From contig CAXBMO010000003.1 in the NCBI GenBank assembly GCA_963977015.1, positions 288,001-352,000 on the forward strand: a stretch of 64,000 nucleotides of DNA, read 5' to 3'. The position numbers were made by a program, and so were the translations under genes. Under the pieces are notes generated by a model. It was given only the letters and a program-made list of their open reading frames with translations. It was not told the origin of the DNA and ran no database searches. The DNA is from an uncultured bacterium (GTDB lineage: Bacteria > Verrucomicrobiota > Verrucomicrobiia > Verrucomicrobiales > DEV007). Shown here in pieces: positions 49,660 through 61,295 of the stretch. Within the stretch, counting starts at the first letter, position 1, and every line of letters begins with the position of its first letter.

Positions 49660-51963
49660 CTAAGTGGGAGGTTGGGCAGATTCGATTTGGTGGCAGGCAG
49701 CAAAGGCTGCAATCTTTACGAGCAGGAGCCGCATATCGTAACCGCTCCACTGAAACTCTTGTTCCAAAATCTGGGGCAAATCCGGTCGATACGCAGCGAC
49801 GGGTTGCTTCACGCTGTGGTGGAAAAGCTGGCGAATAAACGCACGATGGCCAGCTGGGCTGGTTGCCGCGTATTCGGCGACATCGCGCGCCCCTTTCAGC
49901 CGGATGGTCTCTCCGGAATCCGTCACGAAGTCGCTGGCTGGGTTAATCGGCTTGTTGAGCTTTTCGTCCCGGGTACGCCACTGGCCGATGGCGTCGTAGT
50001 TTTCCAGGCTGAAACCCAGAGGATTAATCGACGAATGGCAGGCCATACAGGCTTTGCTGCGGGTTAACTCGGTCACTTTTTCGCGCATCGTCAAATGCGG
50101 GTCAAACTCGGCGTCCTCAAACGCAATGGCTTCCGGTGGTGGCTTCAGGGTTCTTCCCACGATGTTCCGCGTCAAAAACACGCCCCGATGAATCGGCGAT
50201 GTGTCATTGTGATAGGCAAACGCAGTGAGGAGGTAGGGATGGGTCACGATTCCAGAACGCTGCCGGGGATCCATCTTCACCTTCGTAAATCCGCGCCCCT
50301 GGTGGTCGTTCCCATAAACCGGAGCGAGCCGCTCGTTGATGAAGAGGTAATCCGCCAACAGGAGCTGACGAAAGTCCGCTTTCTCGCCCCAAAAAACGTC
50401 CTCGATGAAGAGATTGAGAGACGTCCGCAAATCCGCCATGATCTCCGGGGCAAACTCGGGAAACAACTTGCTGTCACGAGTGACGTCTCTCGCTCGTTCC
50501 AACTCCAACCAATGATGGAAAAACTCCTGAAGTTTGGCCTTCGATCTCACGCTATAGAGCATCCTCCAGGCTTCGTCTTCAATCTGTTTCCAGGTTTTCA
50601 GCTTGCCCTGGCTCGCCTTTTTCATGAGTTCGCGATCAGGAACGGAATCCCAAATCGCCAACGCCAATCGACTGGCCACATCCCAATCGTTGGGTTCTCC
50701 AGCTTCCGCCAAGGTCGGATAGAGAAATTGCGGTGAGGTGAGCGACATCATCATGCTCCGTTTCGCGGCCTGCTCAAGACTCTCCGCACTCTCAAACCAG
50801 CGATCCACATAAGTTTTGCGCTGGGTTTCCGTCAGCGGCTTCCGAAGGGCAGCCTGAGCCAAGTTTTCGCAATACTTCCGCACTTTCTCCGGACGATCCG
50901 GAGCTCCCGCCTTCGTCCCAGCGAGGCGGTCGAGTCGCCGCAACACATGATCAGCCGCCTGCATTGCACCGGCATTGACCGCTTCCATCCATGTTCGCGA
51001 CACTGAAATTCCCCGCTCATAACCATAGCTCCGGTCATCTGCGGGAAACGGAACATCCACGATCATCATTTCCTGGTTCCAACCCGGTGAAAGCACACGA
51101 TTCGGAATCGTCTCCTTGACGCCGTGCGGCGGCTTCCAGAGGAGTTCAATGGACGCGGATTTCTCCTTGTAGCTGAAGAACTCAACCTTGATGAAATAAG
51201 GCCGATCTCCCAACAAATAGAGACTCCCTTGCTCCTCCCTGACCTCTTCGCCGGAACTGACCCAGGCGTCGATGACGTGGCGTTCGTAATCGTTGCCGTT
51301 CACCCAGAGCCGGGCCCCGTTTTTCGTTCGCAGCATGAACTCGTAAACCCCGGTTTCCTCCGCGAGAAGAACGCCTTCCCAACGAACCGAAAACTCTTCT
51401 GAACCCATCTTCTCTGGATCGGGACTCTGCTCTCCAAAATCAAATTTCAGCACTGGATCGAGCCGCTTGAAGGTGTCCGTTCCGAGCTTCTCCTTCTCAC
51501 CGCGAAACTTTCGCGTCCCAAAATAGCGCCCGGTCAATCCCCGCTCTTTGGGATACCCGCTCATGTGATCATTGAACGGCAAGCCAATCAGATCCGCGAC
51601 TGAACGTCGATATTGCGGAACCGTGAGTCGGCTGAGTTCCATTTTCGGGGGATGATTCCGAACCTGCGCCTCCGGGGAATAGAACGCGTGAAAAATATAG
51701 TCCGCCACCGTCTTGGCGTTATCACCGACACAGGCGTCCTCATCGTCTTCCGGCATGGTCCGCTCGATCCGGCGGGTCAGAGACGCCAAGTCACGGTTTC
51801 CGTAAAGTGGATCGTCAGCCAACCCATCGACGCCTTCCCCCATTTCACCATGGCATTCCACGCACTGTTTTTCATAGATCACAGCACCCGGATGCTCTGC
51901 CCGGACGAATCCGATCAGGGCGAAAATGAAGAACGTGGCGGTGGCAGGGAGGCGTCTGGGCAT
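49660..51963 (-). CDS. Cytochrome c + PA14 + DUF1592/DUF1588-family protein
   Basis: CVECH, RLTVPQY, FSVRWEG (PA14), [40 protein letters not shown]. Confidence 0.9.
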   Translation of the reverse strand: MPRRLPATATFFIFALIGFVRAEHPGAVIYEKQCVECHGEMGEGVDGLADDPLYGNRDLASLTRRIERTMPEDDEDACVGDNAKTVADYIFHAFYSPEAQVRNHPPKMELSRLTVPQYRRSVADLIGLPFNDHMSGYPKERGLTGRYFGTRKFRGEKEKLGTDTFKRLDPVLKFDFGEQSPDPEKMGSEEFSVRWEGVLLAEETGVYEFMLRTKNGARLWVNGNDYERHVIDAWVSSGEEVREEQGSLYLLGDRPYFIKVEFFSYKEKSASIELLWKPPHGVKETIPNRVLSPGWNQEMMIVDVPFPADDRSYGYERGISVSRTWMEAVNAGAMQAADHVLRRLDRLAGTKAGAPDRPEKVRKYCENLAQAALRKPLTETQRKTYVDRWFESAESLEQAAKRSMMMSLTSPQFLYPTLAEAGEPNDWDVASRLALAIWDSVPDRELMKKASQGKLKTWKQIEDEAWRMLYSVRSKAKLQEFFHHWLELERARDVTRDSKLFPEFAPEIMADLRTSLNLFIEDVFWGEKADFRQLLLADYLFINERLAPVYGNDHQGRGFTKVKMDPRQRSGIVTHPYLLTAFAYHNDTSPIHRGVFLTRNIVGRTLKPPPEAIAFEDAEFDPHLTMREKVTELTRSKACMACHSSINPLGFSLENYDAIGQWRTRDEKLNKPINPASDFVTDSGETIRLKGARDVAEYAATSPAGHRAFIRQLFHHSVKQPVAAYRPDLPQILEQEFQWSGYDMRLLLVKIAAFAACHQIESAQPPT

Positions 51964-52055
51964 GACTCAGCTTGGGACTACCAGAGCCCGTCAGCTGCTC
52001 AAAATCAGTCGAAAAATCAAACCACGACTACGGAGAGGGACACTCTGAATTGTAA

Positions 52056-53744
52056 TCAAAGGTCCGTCACGGCACCCAGGCTTGCTGAGGTCACCAACTT
52101 TGCGTACTTGGCAAGAACGCCACGTTTGTATTTCGGATCCGGGGCCTGAAACTTCGCCTTGCGACTCTCCATTTCCGCTTCGTCGACGTGAAGTGTCATC
52201 TCGTGATTGACCGCATCAATCGTAATTTCGTCCCCATTTTGAATCAGTCCAATCGGACCGCCTTCAAAGGCTTCAGGCGTCACATGGCCCACCACAAATC
52301 CGTGACTACCGCCGGAAAACCTTCCATCGGTAATGAGCGCGACTTCCTTGCCGAGTCCCCGGCCCATAATGGCACCGGTTGGCCCCAACATTTCCCGCAT
52401 CCCTGGGCCACCTTTGGGGCCTTCATAACGGATAACGATCACGTCCCCACTCACCACCGTTCCATCCAGAATCGCCTTCATGGCCGATTCCTCAGAGTCG
52501 AAGCACCGGGCTTTGCCGGTGAACTTTTCGCCCTCTTTGCCACTGATTTTCGCCACCGCGCCGGTTGGAGCGAGGTTCCCATAGAGAATCACCAAATGGC
52601 CCTCCTTCTTAATGGGATTGTCGAACCCCCGAACCACGGTCTGGCCTTCCGGGTAATCTGGAGAAACTTTTTCGAGATTCTCACCCATGGTCTTGCCGGT
52701 AACCGTCAGGCAATCCCCATGGATCAACCCTTCGTCGAGCAGTCTCCGCATCAGCGGAAGTGTTCCGCCAATTTCGACCAGCTTCATCATGACGTGTTGC
52801 CCGCTTGGTTTTAGATCGGCCAACACCGGGGTCTTGGCGCCGATCCGAGTAAAATCGTCAATCGTCAGTTCCACGCCTGCGGCGGAGGCCATCGCCAGCA
52901 AATGGAGGACCGCATTGGTTGAGCCACCGAGTGCTGTGATCAACGTGATCGCATTCTCAAACGCTTCGCGAGTCATGATGTCGCGCGGCCGAATGCTCTT
53001 CTCAATCATGTTCATCACGGCAACTCCGGAATCAAAACAATCCATCATCTTCTCGTCCCCAACGGCGGATTGCGCGGAACTGTTCGGCAAACTCATGCCC
53101 AAAGCCTCAATCGCACTCGCCATCGTATTGGCGGTGTACATACCACCGCACGAACCGGGTCCGGGGATCGCCGTCTCCGTCACTCCCTGCAGCGCTTCGT
53201 CGGAGATCAGGCCTCCGGAATGCTTGCCAATCGCCTCGAAGACCGAAACGATATCAACATCATTGTCTTCAAAACATCCGGGTTTGATGGTCCCTCCATA
53301 GACAAAAATTCCCGGCCGGTTCAGCCGCGCCAGCGCCATGAGACAACCCGGCATATTCTTGTCACATCCTCCAATCGCCACCACGCCATCCATTCCCTCA
53401 CATCCAGCTACCGTTTCGATCGAATCCGCGATCACTTCCCGTGAAACCAGCGAATACTTCATCCCTTCGGTCCCCATCGAGATCCCGTCGGAAATGGTGA
53501 TCGTGTTGAAAACCACCGACTTCCCGCCACTCGCGTCCACTCCTTTTCCAGCCTCTTCCGCCAGGCGATTGATGTGCATGTTGCAGGGGGTGACCATGCT
53601 CCAGGTGCTGGCGACCCCAATCTGGGACTTCTCAAAGTCTTCCGTCTTGAAACCAACGGGATAAAGCATCGCCCGACTCGCAGCGCGGTCGGGTCCATCG
53701 AGCATCGGGCCAGAAAACTGGCGATGGGCAGATTGATCACTCAT
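52056..53744 (-). CDS. ilvD: Dihydroxy-acid dehydratase
   Basis: [55 protein letters not shown]. Confidence 0.98.
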   Translation of the reverse strand: MSDQSAHRQFSGPMLDGPDRAASRAMLYPVGFKTEDFEKSQIGVASTWSMVTPCNMHINRLAEEAGKGVDASGGKSVVFNTITISDGISMGTEGMKYSLVSREVIADSIETVAGCEGMDGVVAIGGCDKNMPGCLMALARLNRPGIFVYGGTIKPGCFEDNDVDIVSVFEAIGKHSGGLISDEALQGVTETAIPGPGSCGGMYTANTMASAIEALGMSLPNSSAQSAVGDEKMMDCFDSGVAVMNMIEKSIRPRDIMTREAFENAITLITALGGSTNAVLHLLAMASAAGVELTIDDFTRIGAKTPVLADLKPSGQHVMMKLVEIGGTLPLMRRLLDEGLIHGDCLTVTGKTMGENLEKVSPDYPEGQTVVRGFDNPIKKEGHLVILYGNLAPTGAVAKISGKEGEKFTGKARCFDSEESAMKAILDGTVVSGDVIVIRYEGPKGGPGMREMLGPTGAIMGRGLGKEVALITDGRFSGGSHGFVVGHVTPEAFEGGPIGLIQNGDEITIDAVNHEMTLHVDEAEMESRKAKFQAPDPKYKRGVLAKYAKLVTSASLGAVTDL

Positions 53745-53789
53745 AAGGGCGTGAATGTGGGTCAGGACGAGGCGGTTTCCAATTGGAAA

Positions 53790-54461
53790 TTAGCTTGCGA
53801 CGTAAATCGATGAGATTCCTCCGGTTAACGGAATCGACGCCGCCGAAACAAAGCCGGCCTCCTTCAACAAGTCTTCCATCTCGGCACCGGAAGGAAAGCG
53901 CTCAATCGATTCGGAGAGATACTCGTAGGCACCACGGTTGCCCGCGATCGCCCCAGCCAGTTTTGGCAACACGTGATGAAGATAGGCACGATAGGGCCCT
54001 CTCATCAGCCCCTCCGGGAGCGAAAAATCGAGAATCACGAGACTGCCCCCAGGCCGAATCACGCGCCTCATTTCTTTGGCGGCCCCGACCCAGGATTCCA
54101 TGTTACGGAGACCAAAGGCAACGGTGACTGCGTCAAACTCACCTTCGCCGAAGGGCAGGTTCATCGCGTCTGCTACCATCGTGTTAGGCACTCCTGCCTT
54201 CGTTGCGACTTCCAACATCTCCGGACAGAAATCGGTCGCTGTAATTTCGGTATTCGGGCAGAATTTCCCGATTTCCAAGGCAAGATCACCGGTCCCCGTC
54301 GCCACATCGAGCAAGCTCCCGGGATTCAGTCCCCGAACGATTTTGGCGACGCGCTTGCGCCACAACACATCAATACCCAGGCTCAAGACATGATTCGCCA
54401 ACACATAACGTGGAGCGATGGAAGCAAACGCAGCTTGAACGAACTTTGGATCTTGAGACAT
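53790..54461 (-). CDS. ubiE: Ubiquinone/menaquinone biosynthesis C-methyltransferase (UbiE/MenG)
   Basis: FASIAPRY..NHVLSLG, LDVATGTGD, AFGLRN, AYEYLSESI..FP. Confidence 0.92.
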   Translation of the reverse strand: MSQDPKFVQAAFASIAPRYVLANHVLSLGIDVLWRKRVAKIVRGLNPGSLLDVATGTGDLALEIGKFCPNTEITATDFCPEMLEVATKAGVPNTMVADAMNLPFGEGEFDAVTVAFGLRNMESWVGAAKEMRRVIRPGGSLVILDFSLPEGLMRGPYRAYLHHVLPKLAGAIAGNRGAYEYLSESIERFPSGAEMEDLLKEAGFVSAASIPLTGGISSIYVAS

Positions 54462-54525
54462 GGGTCGGTAGCTTGCAGACGGTTACGAATCAGCAGCCCA
54501 CTCCGAAACCGACGATCCGCTTTAC

Positions 54526-55239
54526 CTAAGCTCCACGAAGTCTGGAAACTTCGGGCAGGCTCAGCATTTTTTCGACGATCTCGCTTCGTTCACCATTTTT
54601 CAATTCGGAAGCGGTCACCGCTTTATCGAGATTGAAACGGCCGGATTTGGTCCGGCGAAGACGGCTGAGGTGTGCGCCACATCCCAGTTTTTGCCCAATG
54701 TCGTGAGCGTAGGTCCGGACGTAGAATCCCTTGGTGCAAACCACGCGGAAATCGATCTCAGGGAGCTCAATTCGCGTGATCTCATAGCTGTAAATGTGAA
54801 CCAATCGCGGATCACGCTTCACCTCCTGTCCCTTGCGGGCCAACTTGTACAAGGGCACTCCGTCCTTCTTGATCGCGCTGACCATGGGAGGAATTTGGTA
54901 AAAATCGCCCTTAAACTCCTCGAACACGTCGATGATTTCCTGTTCGGTGAGTTCGGGCACCTCCGCTTCCTCCGTCACTTCGCCTTCCTTGTCCTGGGTC
55001 GAGGTTGAGACTCCGAGCGTGATCGTACCCACGTATTCCTTGTCTTCGGACATGAGCAGTTCACTGATCTTGGTGCCACGTCCCAATACGAGCAGCAAAA
55101 GTCCGGTTGCCATGGGGTCGAGTGTTCCACAATGACCGATTTTCTTCATTCCCAACGTTTTGCGCGCAATCGCTACCACGTCGTGAGAAGTCATATTTGG
55201 CTCTTTGTCTACAATGAGAACTCCGTCAACTGGTTCCAT
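54526..55239 (-). CDS. truB: tRNA pseudouridine(55) synthase
   Basis: TSHDVV, GHCGTLDPMATG, QIPPMVSAIK, KGFYVRT. Confidence 0.97.
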   Translation of the reverse strand: MEPVDGVLIVDKEPNMTSHDVVAIARKTLGMKKIGHCGTLDPMATGLLLLVLGRGTKISELLMSEDKEYVGTITLGVSTSTQDKEGEVTEEAEVPELTEQEIIDVFEEFKGDFYQIPPMVSAIKKDGVPLYKLARKGQEVKRDPRLVHIYSYEITRIELPEIDFRVVCTKGFYVRTYAHDIGQKLGCGAHLSRLRRTKSGRFNLDKAVTASELKNGERSEIVEKMLSLPEVSRLRGA

Positions 55240-55240
55240 C

Positions 55241-56230
55241 TTAATCTAAATGTGTTTGGGCTACTTTGATAAATTGTTCGGCGACATTGTCGATCTGCCC
55301 GGAAATTCGAGCACCGGCCGCCAGCTTATGCCCGCCCCCACCAAATTCCTGACAAATCTCGGATACATTCGCAGCGTCCGACTTCGATCGCGCGCTGACT
55401 CGAATGGTGCCGTCCCCGACCTCCTCGAAGGCGATCGCGACAACAACGCCATTGATCGCTCTCAGATGTTCGATCAGACCTTCCGTGTCTCCGCCTTCAA
55501 TCTTCAGTTCCTCCAATTTGTCGCGGCGAAGTTTCCAGGAGGCGATTCTACCGTCAGCGCTCCTCGTCAACGAATCAATCAGCGCACCGAGAAGCTCGAG
55601 TCGCCGATAGGGATAGTTCTGGTAAATTTGGGATGAAAGCCACCCGATATCAGCACCAGCGCCAAGGAGTTTTGCCGAGATCTCGAGCGTCCGAGCAGTT
55701 GTATTCGGATACTGAAAGGAGCCGGTATCGGTTACGATGGCCGTCCACAAGCTATCCCGTCCCTGCGGTGAAAGCGTCCAACCTTCCTGATCGATCAACT
55801 CAAAGACGGTTTGGCCCGTCGCCGGGCTCTGGTCATCAACGTAGTTGAGGTCTCCATACCGCTCGTTGCTGATGTGGTGATCCATCACTATCACCTGACC
55901 TGGATTTCCGATGATGTTCCATACCCTCTCACCCACGCGCTTTGCATCGGCGGTATCCAACGCCACAAAAACGTCTGGATTCAGCGGTTCCGTGATTTCC
56001 TCTGGTTTGCGGATCTCCGAAACTCCCTCGAGAAACTCATAGTTTGCCGGGATATCGTCCTGATTCAGCATCACCACCTCTTTTCCCGCACCTTTCAACG
56101 CTTCCCCCAACCCAATCAGGGAGCCAATCGCATCGCCATCAGGTCGGGCGTGACTCGCAAGGGCAATGCGTTTTGCAGAACGCAGCCTTTCACCAATGGT
56201 TTTAAGAAGCTCTGGAAGACTCTCGCTCAC
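55241..56230 (-). CDS. nrnA: DHH/DHHA1 phosphoesterase (NrnA-like)
   Basis: HARPDGDAIGS, DHH, TDTGSF, GGGGHKLAAG, in the usual rbfA-truB context. Confidence 0.9.
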   Translation of the reverse strand: MSESLPELLKTIGERLRSAKRIALASHARPDGDAIGSLIGLGEALKGAGKEVVMLNQDDIPANYEFLEGVSEIRKPEEITEPLNPDVFVALDTADAKRVGERVWNIIGNPGQVIVMDHHISNERYGDLNYVDDQSPATGQTVFELIDQEGWTLSPQGRDSLWTAIVTDTGSFQYPNTTARTLEISAKLLGAGADIGWLSSQIYQNYPYRRLELLGALIDSLTRSADGRIASWKLRRDKLEELKIEGGDTEGLIEHLRAINGVVVAIAFEEVGDGTIRVSARSKSDAANVSEICQEFGGGGHKLAAGARISGQIDNVAEQFIKVAQTHLD

Positions 56231-56604
56231 AGTTCGATATCGTCCTCTCCAAGCGGTTCCAGCTGATCTGGAATCTCGATACCATCGATCAGGTCAACGA
56301 CGTCAACACCACGCTTTACGGAGTCATCATGCTGAAAATGAAGTTGTGGCGTGTTCTTCAGCACCACACGCTTCGTCAACTTCTGCTGAATCAATCCACG
56401 GCTTTCATTCAGCTTATCGATGATCTTATCCTCGCGCCCGCTGGCGCCCAAGGTGCTGACAAAGACGTGCCCCTTGCGCAAATCCGGCGTGAGATCGACA
56501 TCATTGATGGTTACGAGGGCACCGCCAAATTCGAAATCACGACTGATCACGGTACTGATTTCACGGCGAAGCAATTCACGAACACGAAGAAGACGCTGAG
56601 ACAT
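56227..56604 (-). CDS. rbfA: Ribosome-binding factor A
   Basis: RLLRVRELLRREIS, VDLTPDL, LKNTPQLHF.HD.S, directly after infB. Confidence 0.95.
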   Translation of the reverse strand: MSQRLLRVRELLRREISTVISRDFEFGGALVTINDVDLTPDLRKGHVFVSTLGASGREDKIIDKLNESRGLIQQKLTKRVVLKNTPQLHFQHDDSVKRGVDVVDLIDGIEIPDQLEPLGEDDIEL

Positions 56605-56690
56605 AACAATCGCTATTGTAGATTTCGAAGTCGTTCCGCCTGGAGCCAAGCCTTTGGATCCAGACCAACGGTGGATGAGAGAGACTTACT

Positions 56691-58814
56691 TTAAAGCGTC
56701 TGCTCTACTTTCTCCAACTCATAGCACTCAATAACGTCACCCTCCTCATAATCATTGAAATTCCCCAAGCGAATTCCGCATTCCAGACCGTTCTTCACCT
56801 CGTTCACGTCATCTTTGAAGCGTTTCAACGTCTGAACACCCCCATCGTAGACTTGCTGACGGTCCCGGAGAACGCGAGCACGTCCGGACCGCAGAATCTT
56901 ACCTTTGGTCACTTGGCAGCCAGCGACTCGTCCGCCGGTCAACTTGAAGACCTGAAGCACCTTCGCGTAGCCAAGATTCGATTCACGGGTCTCCGGATCC
57001 AGCATTCCAACCATCGCCTCTTTGACCTGATCGATCAGTTCATAGATGATGGAGAACAGCTTCACTTGAACACCTTCACGCTTGGCGACCTTGACGGCAT
57101 TCCCTTCGAGCTTGGTGTTGAAACCGATAATCACCGCATCGGAAGCACTGCCAAGTAAAACGTCGCCTTCGGTAATCGGCCCCGCGGCTGAATGGATGAT
57201 ATCGAGATTAATTTTGTCGCTCTCGATCAGCTTCAGCGCGCCAATGATCGCTTCACCAGACCCGGCGACATCCGTCTTCAAGACCAGCTTCAGAATCTTC
57301 TTCTGACCTTCCGCCATTTCGCCAAAGAAGGACTCCAACGTGGAGTGAACCGGCTTTTCCAACTTATTGAGGCGCTGTGCGTCCAGCCTCTCTTCACTGA
57401 GCTTCTTCGCATTCCGCTCGTTGTCCATTTGAACCAACTCATCGCCAACGGCGGGAACGCCACTGAAGCCAAGAACCTCAACCGGGGTCGAAGGACCAGC
57501 TTTCTTGACCGGTTTCCCCTTGTCGTCGAGCATCGACTTCACCTTGCCACTGTAGTTTCCACAGATGAACGGCGTTCCGACCTTAAGGGTGCCGCTTTGC
57601 ACGATGACACTGGTCATGACTCCACGACCTTGCTCCATTCGTGCCTCGATCACCGCAGCGCGAGCATTGCCCTTGGGATCAGCCTTCAATTCCAGCACTT
57701 CTGATTGAAGCGAAATCATCTCCAGAAGATCATCCAGACCAATCCGCTCCGTTGCAGAAACATCAACGCAGATGGTCTTTCCACCCCATTCCTCCGGCTG
57801 AAGATCGTATTCGGACAATTGCTGCTTCACCCGGTTGGGGTCGGCAGTCGGCAAATCGACCTTGTTCACCGCAACAATGATTTCAACTCCTGCCGCTTTG
57901 GCGTGATTGATTGCCTCCACCGTTGTTGGCATGATGCCGTCGTTCGCGGCGACAACCAGAACGACGATATCGGTCACATTCGCACCACGAGCACGCATTT
58001 CGGTGAACGCAGCGTGACCGGGAGTATCGATAAACGTGATCGGCTTTCCGTTGTGCTCCACTGAATAGGCTGCGATGTGCTGGGTAATCCCCCCAGCCTC
58101 ACCATCAACGACTTTCGCGCTACGAATTGCATCCAAAAGCGAGGTCTTGCCATGGTCCACGTGTCCCATGACCGTCACGATCGGAGGACGAAATTCGAGC
58201 TTTTCCTCTTCAGGTTCCGGTTCGGGTTCCGGTTCCGCGATCACCTCCTCTTCCTTGTGGACACCGGCGCCTTTCTCGCGTTTTTCGCGTTCAAATAGGA
58301 ATCCGTGCTTTTCGCAAATCTGGGCAACCACATCAGGCTCGACCGACTGGTTCTGATTGGCAAAGACATCCAGTTCCATCAGATCCTGGATGATCTTAAA
58401 CGGCTTCAAGCCCAAGGAATCCGCCAAGTCCTTAACGATGATCGGCGGTTTCAGCTGGACGACTTTCTGACCTTCGTCATTCGTCTCGACCGCAACCGGT
58501 TCCTCTTCCTTCGGCTCAACAACTTTCTTCTTCTTTACCCCTCCGCCTTTGCCGATCTTTTGGAACACCGACGCATCCTCTTTGGCGGCGATAGCCTTTT
58601 TTACGACCGGCTTTTCTTCATCATCAATCCCCAAATCCAAGGCCTCTTTTTTGGCCTCAGAGACGACCTTGCCCCCCATTTTCGACTTCTCGACCGCTGC
58701 ATTCGTCTCCCCTCCGGACTGCGTCTTTGTCGCTTTTTGCGCAGTCTTCTTTGAACTCGCCTTAGTGGCGGGTTTGTCGGATATCAGATCGAGAGCTACT
58801 TTCTTTTTCGCCAT
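56691..58814 (-). CDS. infB: Translation initiation factor IF-2
   Basis: [31 protein letters not shown]. Confidence 0.98.
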   Translation of the reverse strand: MAKKKVALDLISDKPATKASSKKTAQKATKTQSGGETNAAVEKSKMGGKVVSEAKKEALDLGIDDEEKPVVKKAIAAKEDASVFQKIGKGGGVKKKKVVEPKEEEPVAVETNDEGQKVVQLKPPIIVKDLADSLGLKPFKIIQDLMELDVFANQNQSVEPDVVAQICEKHGFLFEREKREKGAGVHKEEEVIAEPEPEPEPEEEKLEFRPPIVTVMGHVDHGKTSLLDAIRSAKVVDGEAGGITQHIAAYSVEHNGKPITFIDTPGHAAFTEMRARGANVTDIVVLVVAANDGIMPTTVEAINHAKAAGVEIIVAVNKVDLPTADPNRVKQQLSEYDLQPEEWGGKTICVDVSATERIGLDDLLEMISLQSEVLELKADPKGNARAAVIEARMEQGRGVMTSVIVQSGTLKVGTPFICGNYSGKVKSMLDDKGKPVKKAGPSTPVEVLGFSGVPAVGDELVQMDNERNAKKLSEERLDAQRLNKLEKPVHSTLESFFGEMAEGQKKILKLVLKTDVAGSGEAIIGALKLIESDKINLDIIHSAAGPITEGDVLLGSASDAVIIGFNTKLEGNAVKVAKREGVQVKLFSIIYELIDQVKEAMVGMLDPETRESNLGYAKVLQVFKLTGGRVAGCQVTKGKILRSGRARVLRDRQQVYDGGVQTLKRFKDDVNEVKNGLECGIRLGNFNDYEEGDVIECYELEKVEQTL

Positions 58815-58889
58815 GCGGAATTTTTCGTGGATAAAGGGGTGTTTGGGAAGGGATGGGGGAATCGTTCATCGTAAGCGCGGATTGTCCGG

Positions 58890-60161
58890 TTACGAATCGC
58901 TGGGAGACAGTTGATCGAGAGCGTAGATTTGCTCGGCCTTTTTCACAATATCCCCCGCAACAGTTTCTTCGACTTCAAGAATGCCGGAAACGTCTTCAGC
59001 ATCCATTTGGGACAGCAGTTCCAGGGTGGTTACCCCACCTCGAACCAGGCCCATGGCCATCTCTTCCTCCATCCCAAGTTGATTCACAAAGATGCTTGCG
59101 GCATCAGCAACCCGAGCTTCAAACTGCTCGTGTTCGCTTTCGTCCTTCTCGACCTTGACGTCCCAACCGATCAATCGCGACGTCAGTCGCGCATTTTGAC
59201 CGTGCCGACCGATGGCGCGTGAAAGCTCTTCTTCGTCGACTGTGACTCGAACGGTCCTGTTTTCCTCATCCAACTCAATCGTTCTGAGCTTGGCGGGTTT
59301 CAGGGCATCTTTGACAAATTCACGAACGTTGTCGCTCCAACGAATGATATCGACTTTTTCGTTATTCAGCTCGCGAACGATGTTCTTCACCCGAGCGCCA
59401 CGAAGACCAACGCAGGCACCGACAGGATCGACTTTTTCATCATCACTGTGAACGGCAACTTTGGTTCGGTAGCCGGCTTCGCGGGCAATGCCCTTCACTT
59501 CAACCGTCCGGTCCGCGATCTCGCTGACCTCAGATTCAAAGAGGCGTCGCACAAAATTGGGATGACTCCGCGACAGGATGATTTCCGGTCCCCGGGCACC
59601 ATTATCAACCGCCAAAACATAGGCGCGAATTCGATCGCCGATGTTGTAATCCTCGGTCTTCACCCGCTCGCGCGACGGCATCGTCCCTTCAAAACGGCCC
59701 AAATCAACCATCACATCGGAACGTTCGAACCGACGAACGGTTCCGCCAACGATGTCTCCGGCGCGATCCTTGAACTCGTCATAGATCATCGCCTTCTCGG
59801 CCTGGCGAAGACGCTGCATCATCGCCTGCTTCGCCGCCTGCGCAGCAATCCGTCCAAAATCTTTCGGCGTGATCTCTACGTCGATCTCGTCTCCCAACTC
59901 GGCACCGGGTTGGATTTTTTTCGCCGTACTGATTGAAATCTCGTCGTAAGGAGCCACAACTTCCTCAACCGCAATGAGCTTTGCAATCGCGCTGATTTTC
60001 CCCTTGTTCGGGTCAACCTCGATGCGTAATTCACGAGCCGGTCCAATGCTCTTGCGTGACGCTGATAACAACGCCTGCTGGATGGCGTCGACCATGGTTT
60101 CCCGGTCGATCCCTTTTTCCTTTTCGTAATACTCAAAAAGCGTTAGAAGCTCGCTAGTCAT
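58890..60161 (-). CDS. nusA: Transcription termination/antitermination factor NusA
   Basis: FGRIAAQAAKQ, S1 domain, AREAGYRTKVAV, DPVGACVG, AIGRHGQNARL. Confidence 0.98.
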   Translation of the reverse strand: MTSELLTLFEYYEKEKGIDRETMVDAIQQALLSASRKSIGPARELRIEVDPNKGKISAIAKLIAVEEVVAPYDEISISTAKKIQPGAELGDEIDVEITPKDFGRIAAQAAKQAMMQRLRQAEKAMIYDEFKDRAGDIVGGTVRRFERSDVMVDLGRFEGTMPSRERVKTEDYNIGDRIRAYVLAVDNGARGPEIILSRSHPNFVRRLFESEVSEIADRTVEVKGIAREAGYRTKVAVHSDDEKVDPVGACVGLRGARVKNIVRELNNEKVDIIRWSDNVREFVKDALKPAKLRTIELDEENRTVRVTVDEEELSRAIGRHGQNARLTSRLIGWDVKVEKDESEHEQFEARVADAASIFVNQLGMEEEMAMGLVRGGVTTLELLSQMDAEDVSGILEVEETVAGDIVKKAEQIYALDQLSPSDS

Positions 60162-60184
60162 TTTTATAAGTTTTTCTTTCCGAC

Positions 60185-60215
60185 AAAAAAGGGCGGGAAC
60201 CTACAGTCCACGCCC
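60185..60215 (-). promoter_or_regulatory. Leader terminator/attenuator hairpin upstream of nusA
   Basis: Minus strand GGGCG-T-GGA-CTGTAGGT-TCC-CGCCC-TTTTTT, ~25 nt before the nusA ATG. No minus-strand gene lies immediately upstream for it to terminate. Confidence 0.65.
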
Positions 60216-60305
60216 AACTTGATCCCAAAAAGAAATTTGGTTGCGTCAGTGCTTAGTCTTCGCAGATTGGCACCATAACGGTATTGCAAAGGGTCGCAAC
60301 CAGTT

Positions 60306-60977
60306 TTGAACTTAGAATTCTCCAACTTCTCCACGATCCTTTTTGATGCCGCGGGAACCCTCTTTGAGCTCCGCGAATCCGTTGGGCAAGGCTACGCGAA
60401 AGTTGCAACCGAGTTTGATTTGGAACTCTGTCCTGATTTGACCGAACTCGCCTTTCGCAAGCATTTCCGGGCGATGCCATCTCCCTACCCTAGCGAATCA
60501 ACCGATCCAGAACAGGATTGGTGGTCTGAGCTGGTCGACCGAGTCTTGATGGAACAACAGATTGAGACTCCTGGCGGCTTTTTTACCGCACTTTGGGAGC
60601 ACTATGCCGCAGCCTCGACCTGGAAACTGTTTCCCGAAGTTCCCGAGGTGCTTTCAACACTTCAAGAAAAGAACATTCAGATGATTCTCGTGACCAATTT
60701 TGACGAGCGTATTTTCCCGATTCTTTCCGGGCTCGAGGTCATCGACTATTTTGGCGATGATGTGGTGACCTCAGCCAGCGCCCGATGCCGCAAACCTGAA
60801 TCGGCAATTTTCCAACAAGCCGTGGCAAAGTCGTCGAATGGTCCCATTCTGCATGTTGGAGACGAACGAAAAGCTGATTGGGAAGGGGCAAGAGCAGCCG
60901 GCATCGAGGCATTTGAACTGGAACGACCGAAGAATTGCCTTCGAGATCTGATTCGCACTCAGCAGACCGAAGGCTGA
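60306..60977 (+). CDS. HAD-IA family hydrolase (REG-2-like)
   Basis: ILFDAAGTL, VTNFDER, KPESAIF, HVGD..ADWEGA..AG. Confidence 0.92.
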   Translation: MNLEFSNFSTILFDAAGTLFELRESVGQGYAKVATEFDLELCPDLTELAFRKHFRAMPSPYPSESTDPEQDWWSELVDRVLMEQQIETPGGFFTALWEHYAAASTWKLFPEVPEVLSTLQEKNIQMILVTNFDERIFPILSGLEVIDYFGDDVVTSASARCRKPESAIFQQAVAKSSNGPILHVGDERKADWEGARAAGIEAFELERPKNCLRDLIRTQQTEG

Positions 60978-61106
60978 ACAGTAGAAATACGCCGCATCCA
61001 GTCGGATTGCCTGGGAATTGTCAGCCGATCAACACAAAGCAAGGAATCCACGCATTGATCGCTTGCGTTTTAAGGATTGTCAGACATTCTGTTTTGGCTT
61101 TTTCCC

Positions 61107-61211
61107 ATGAAACTTGCGCTCCATCATGGTTACTCTCGCAGCACCGGCACTAAGATGACGACCTCCCGTGCGTTTGTCATCGCAGGTCCATTTTTCCATC
61201 GAGCCAGGTAG
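61107..61211 (+). CDS. Candidate leader peptide (34 aa, or 18 aa from the ATG at 61155)
   Basis: MKLALHHGYSRSTGTKMTTSRAFVIAGPFFHRAR*, ending 34 nt before a strong terminator that precedes the MFS gene. Confidence 0.4.
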   Translation: MKLALHHGYSRSTGTKMTTSRAFVIAGPFFHRAR

Positions 61212-61245
61212 AAGCCCCCACGAAATCCAATTTCTCGAATTTTCC

Positions 61246-61281
61246 GCCCCGCTCGTTTCCTCACGAGCGGGGCTTTTTTTT
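61246..61281 (+). terminator. Strong intrinsic terminator immediately upstream of the MFS gene
   Basis: GCCCCGCTCGT-TTCCTC-ACGAGCGGGGC-T8, a perfect 11-bp stem. Confidence 0.85.
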
Positions 61282-61295
61282 GCCGAATCACCCCT

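Noticed and set aside
58210-58240. Short ggttcc/ggttcg tandem repeat
   Set aside because: It encodes the EPEPEPEPE linker of IF-2 and is an ordinary low-complexity segment.
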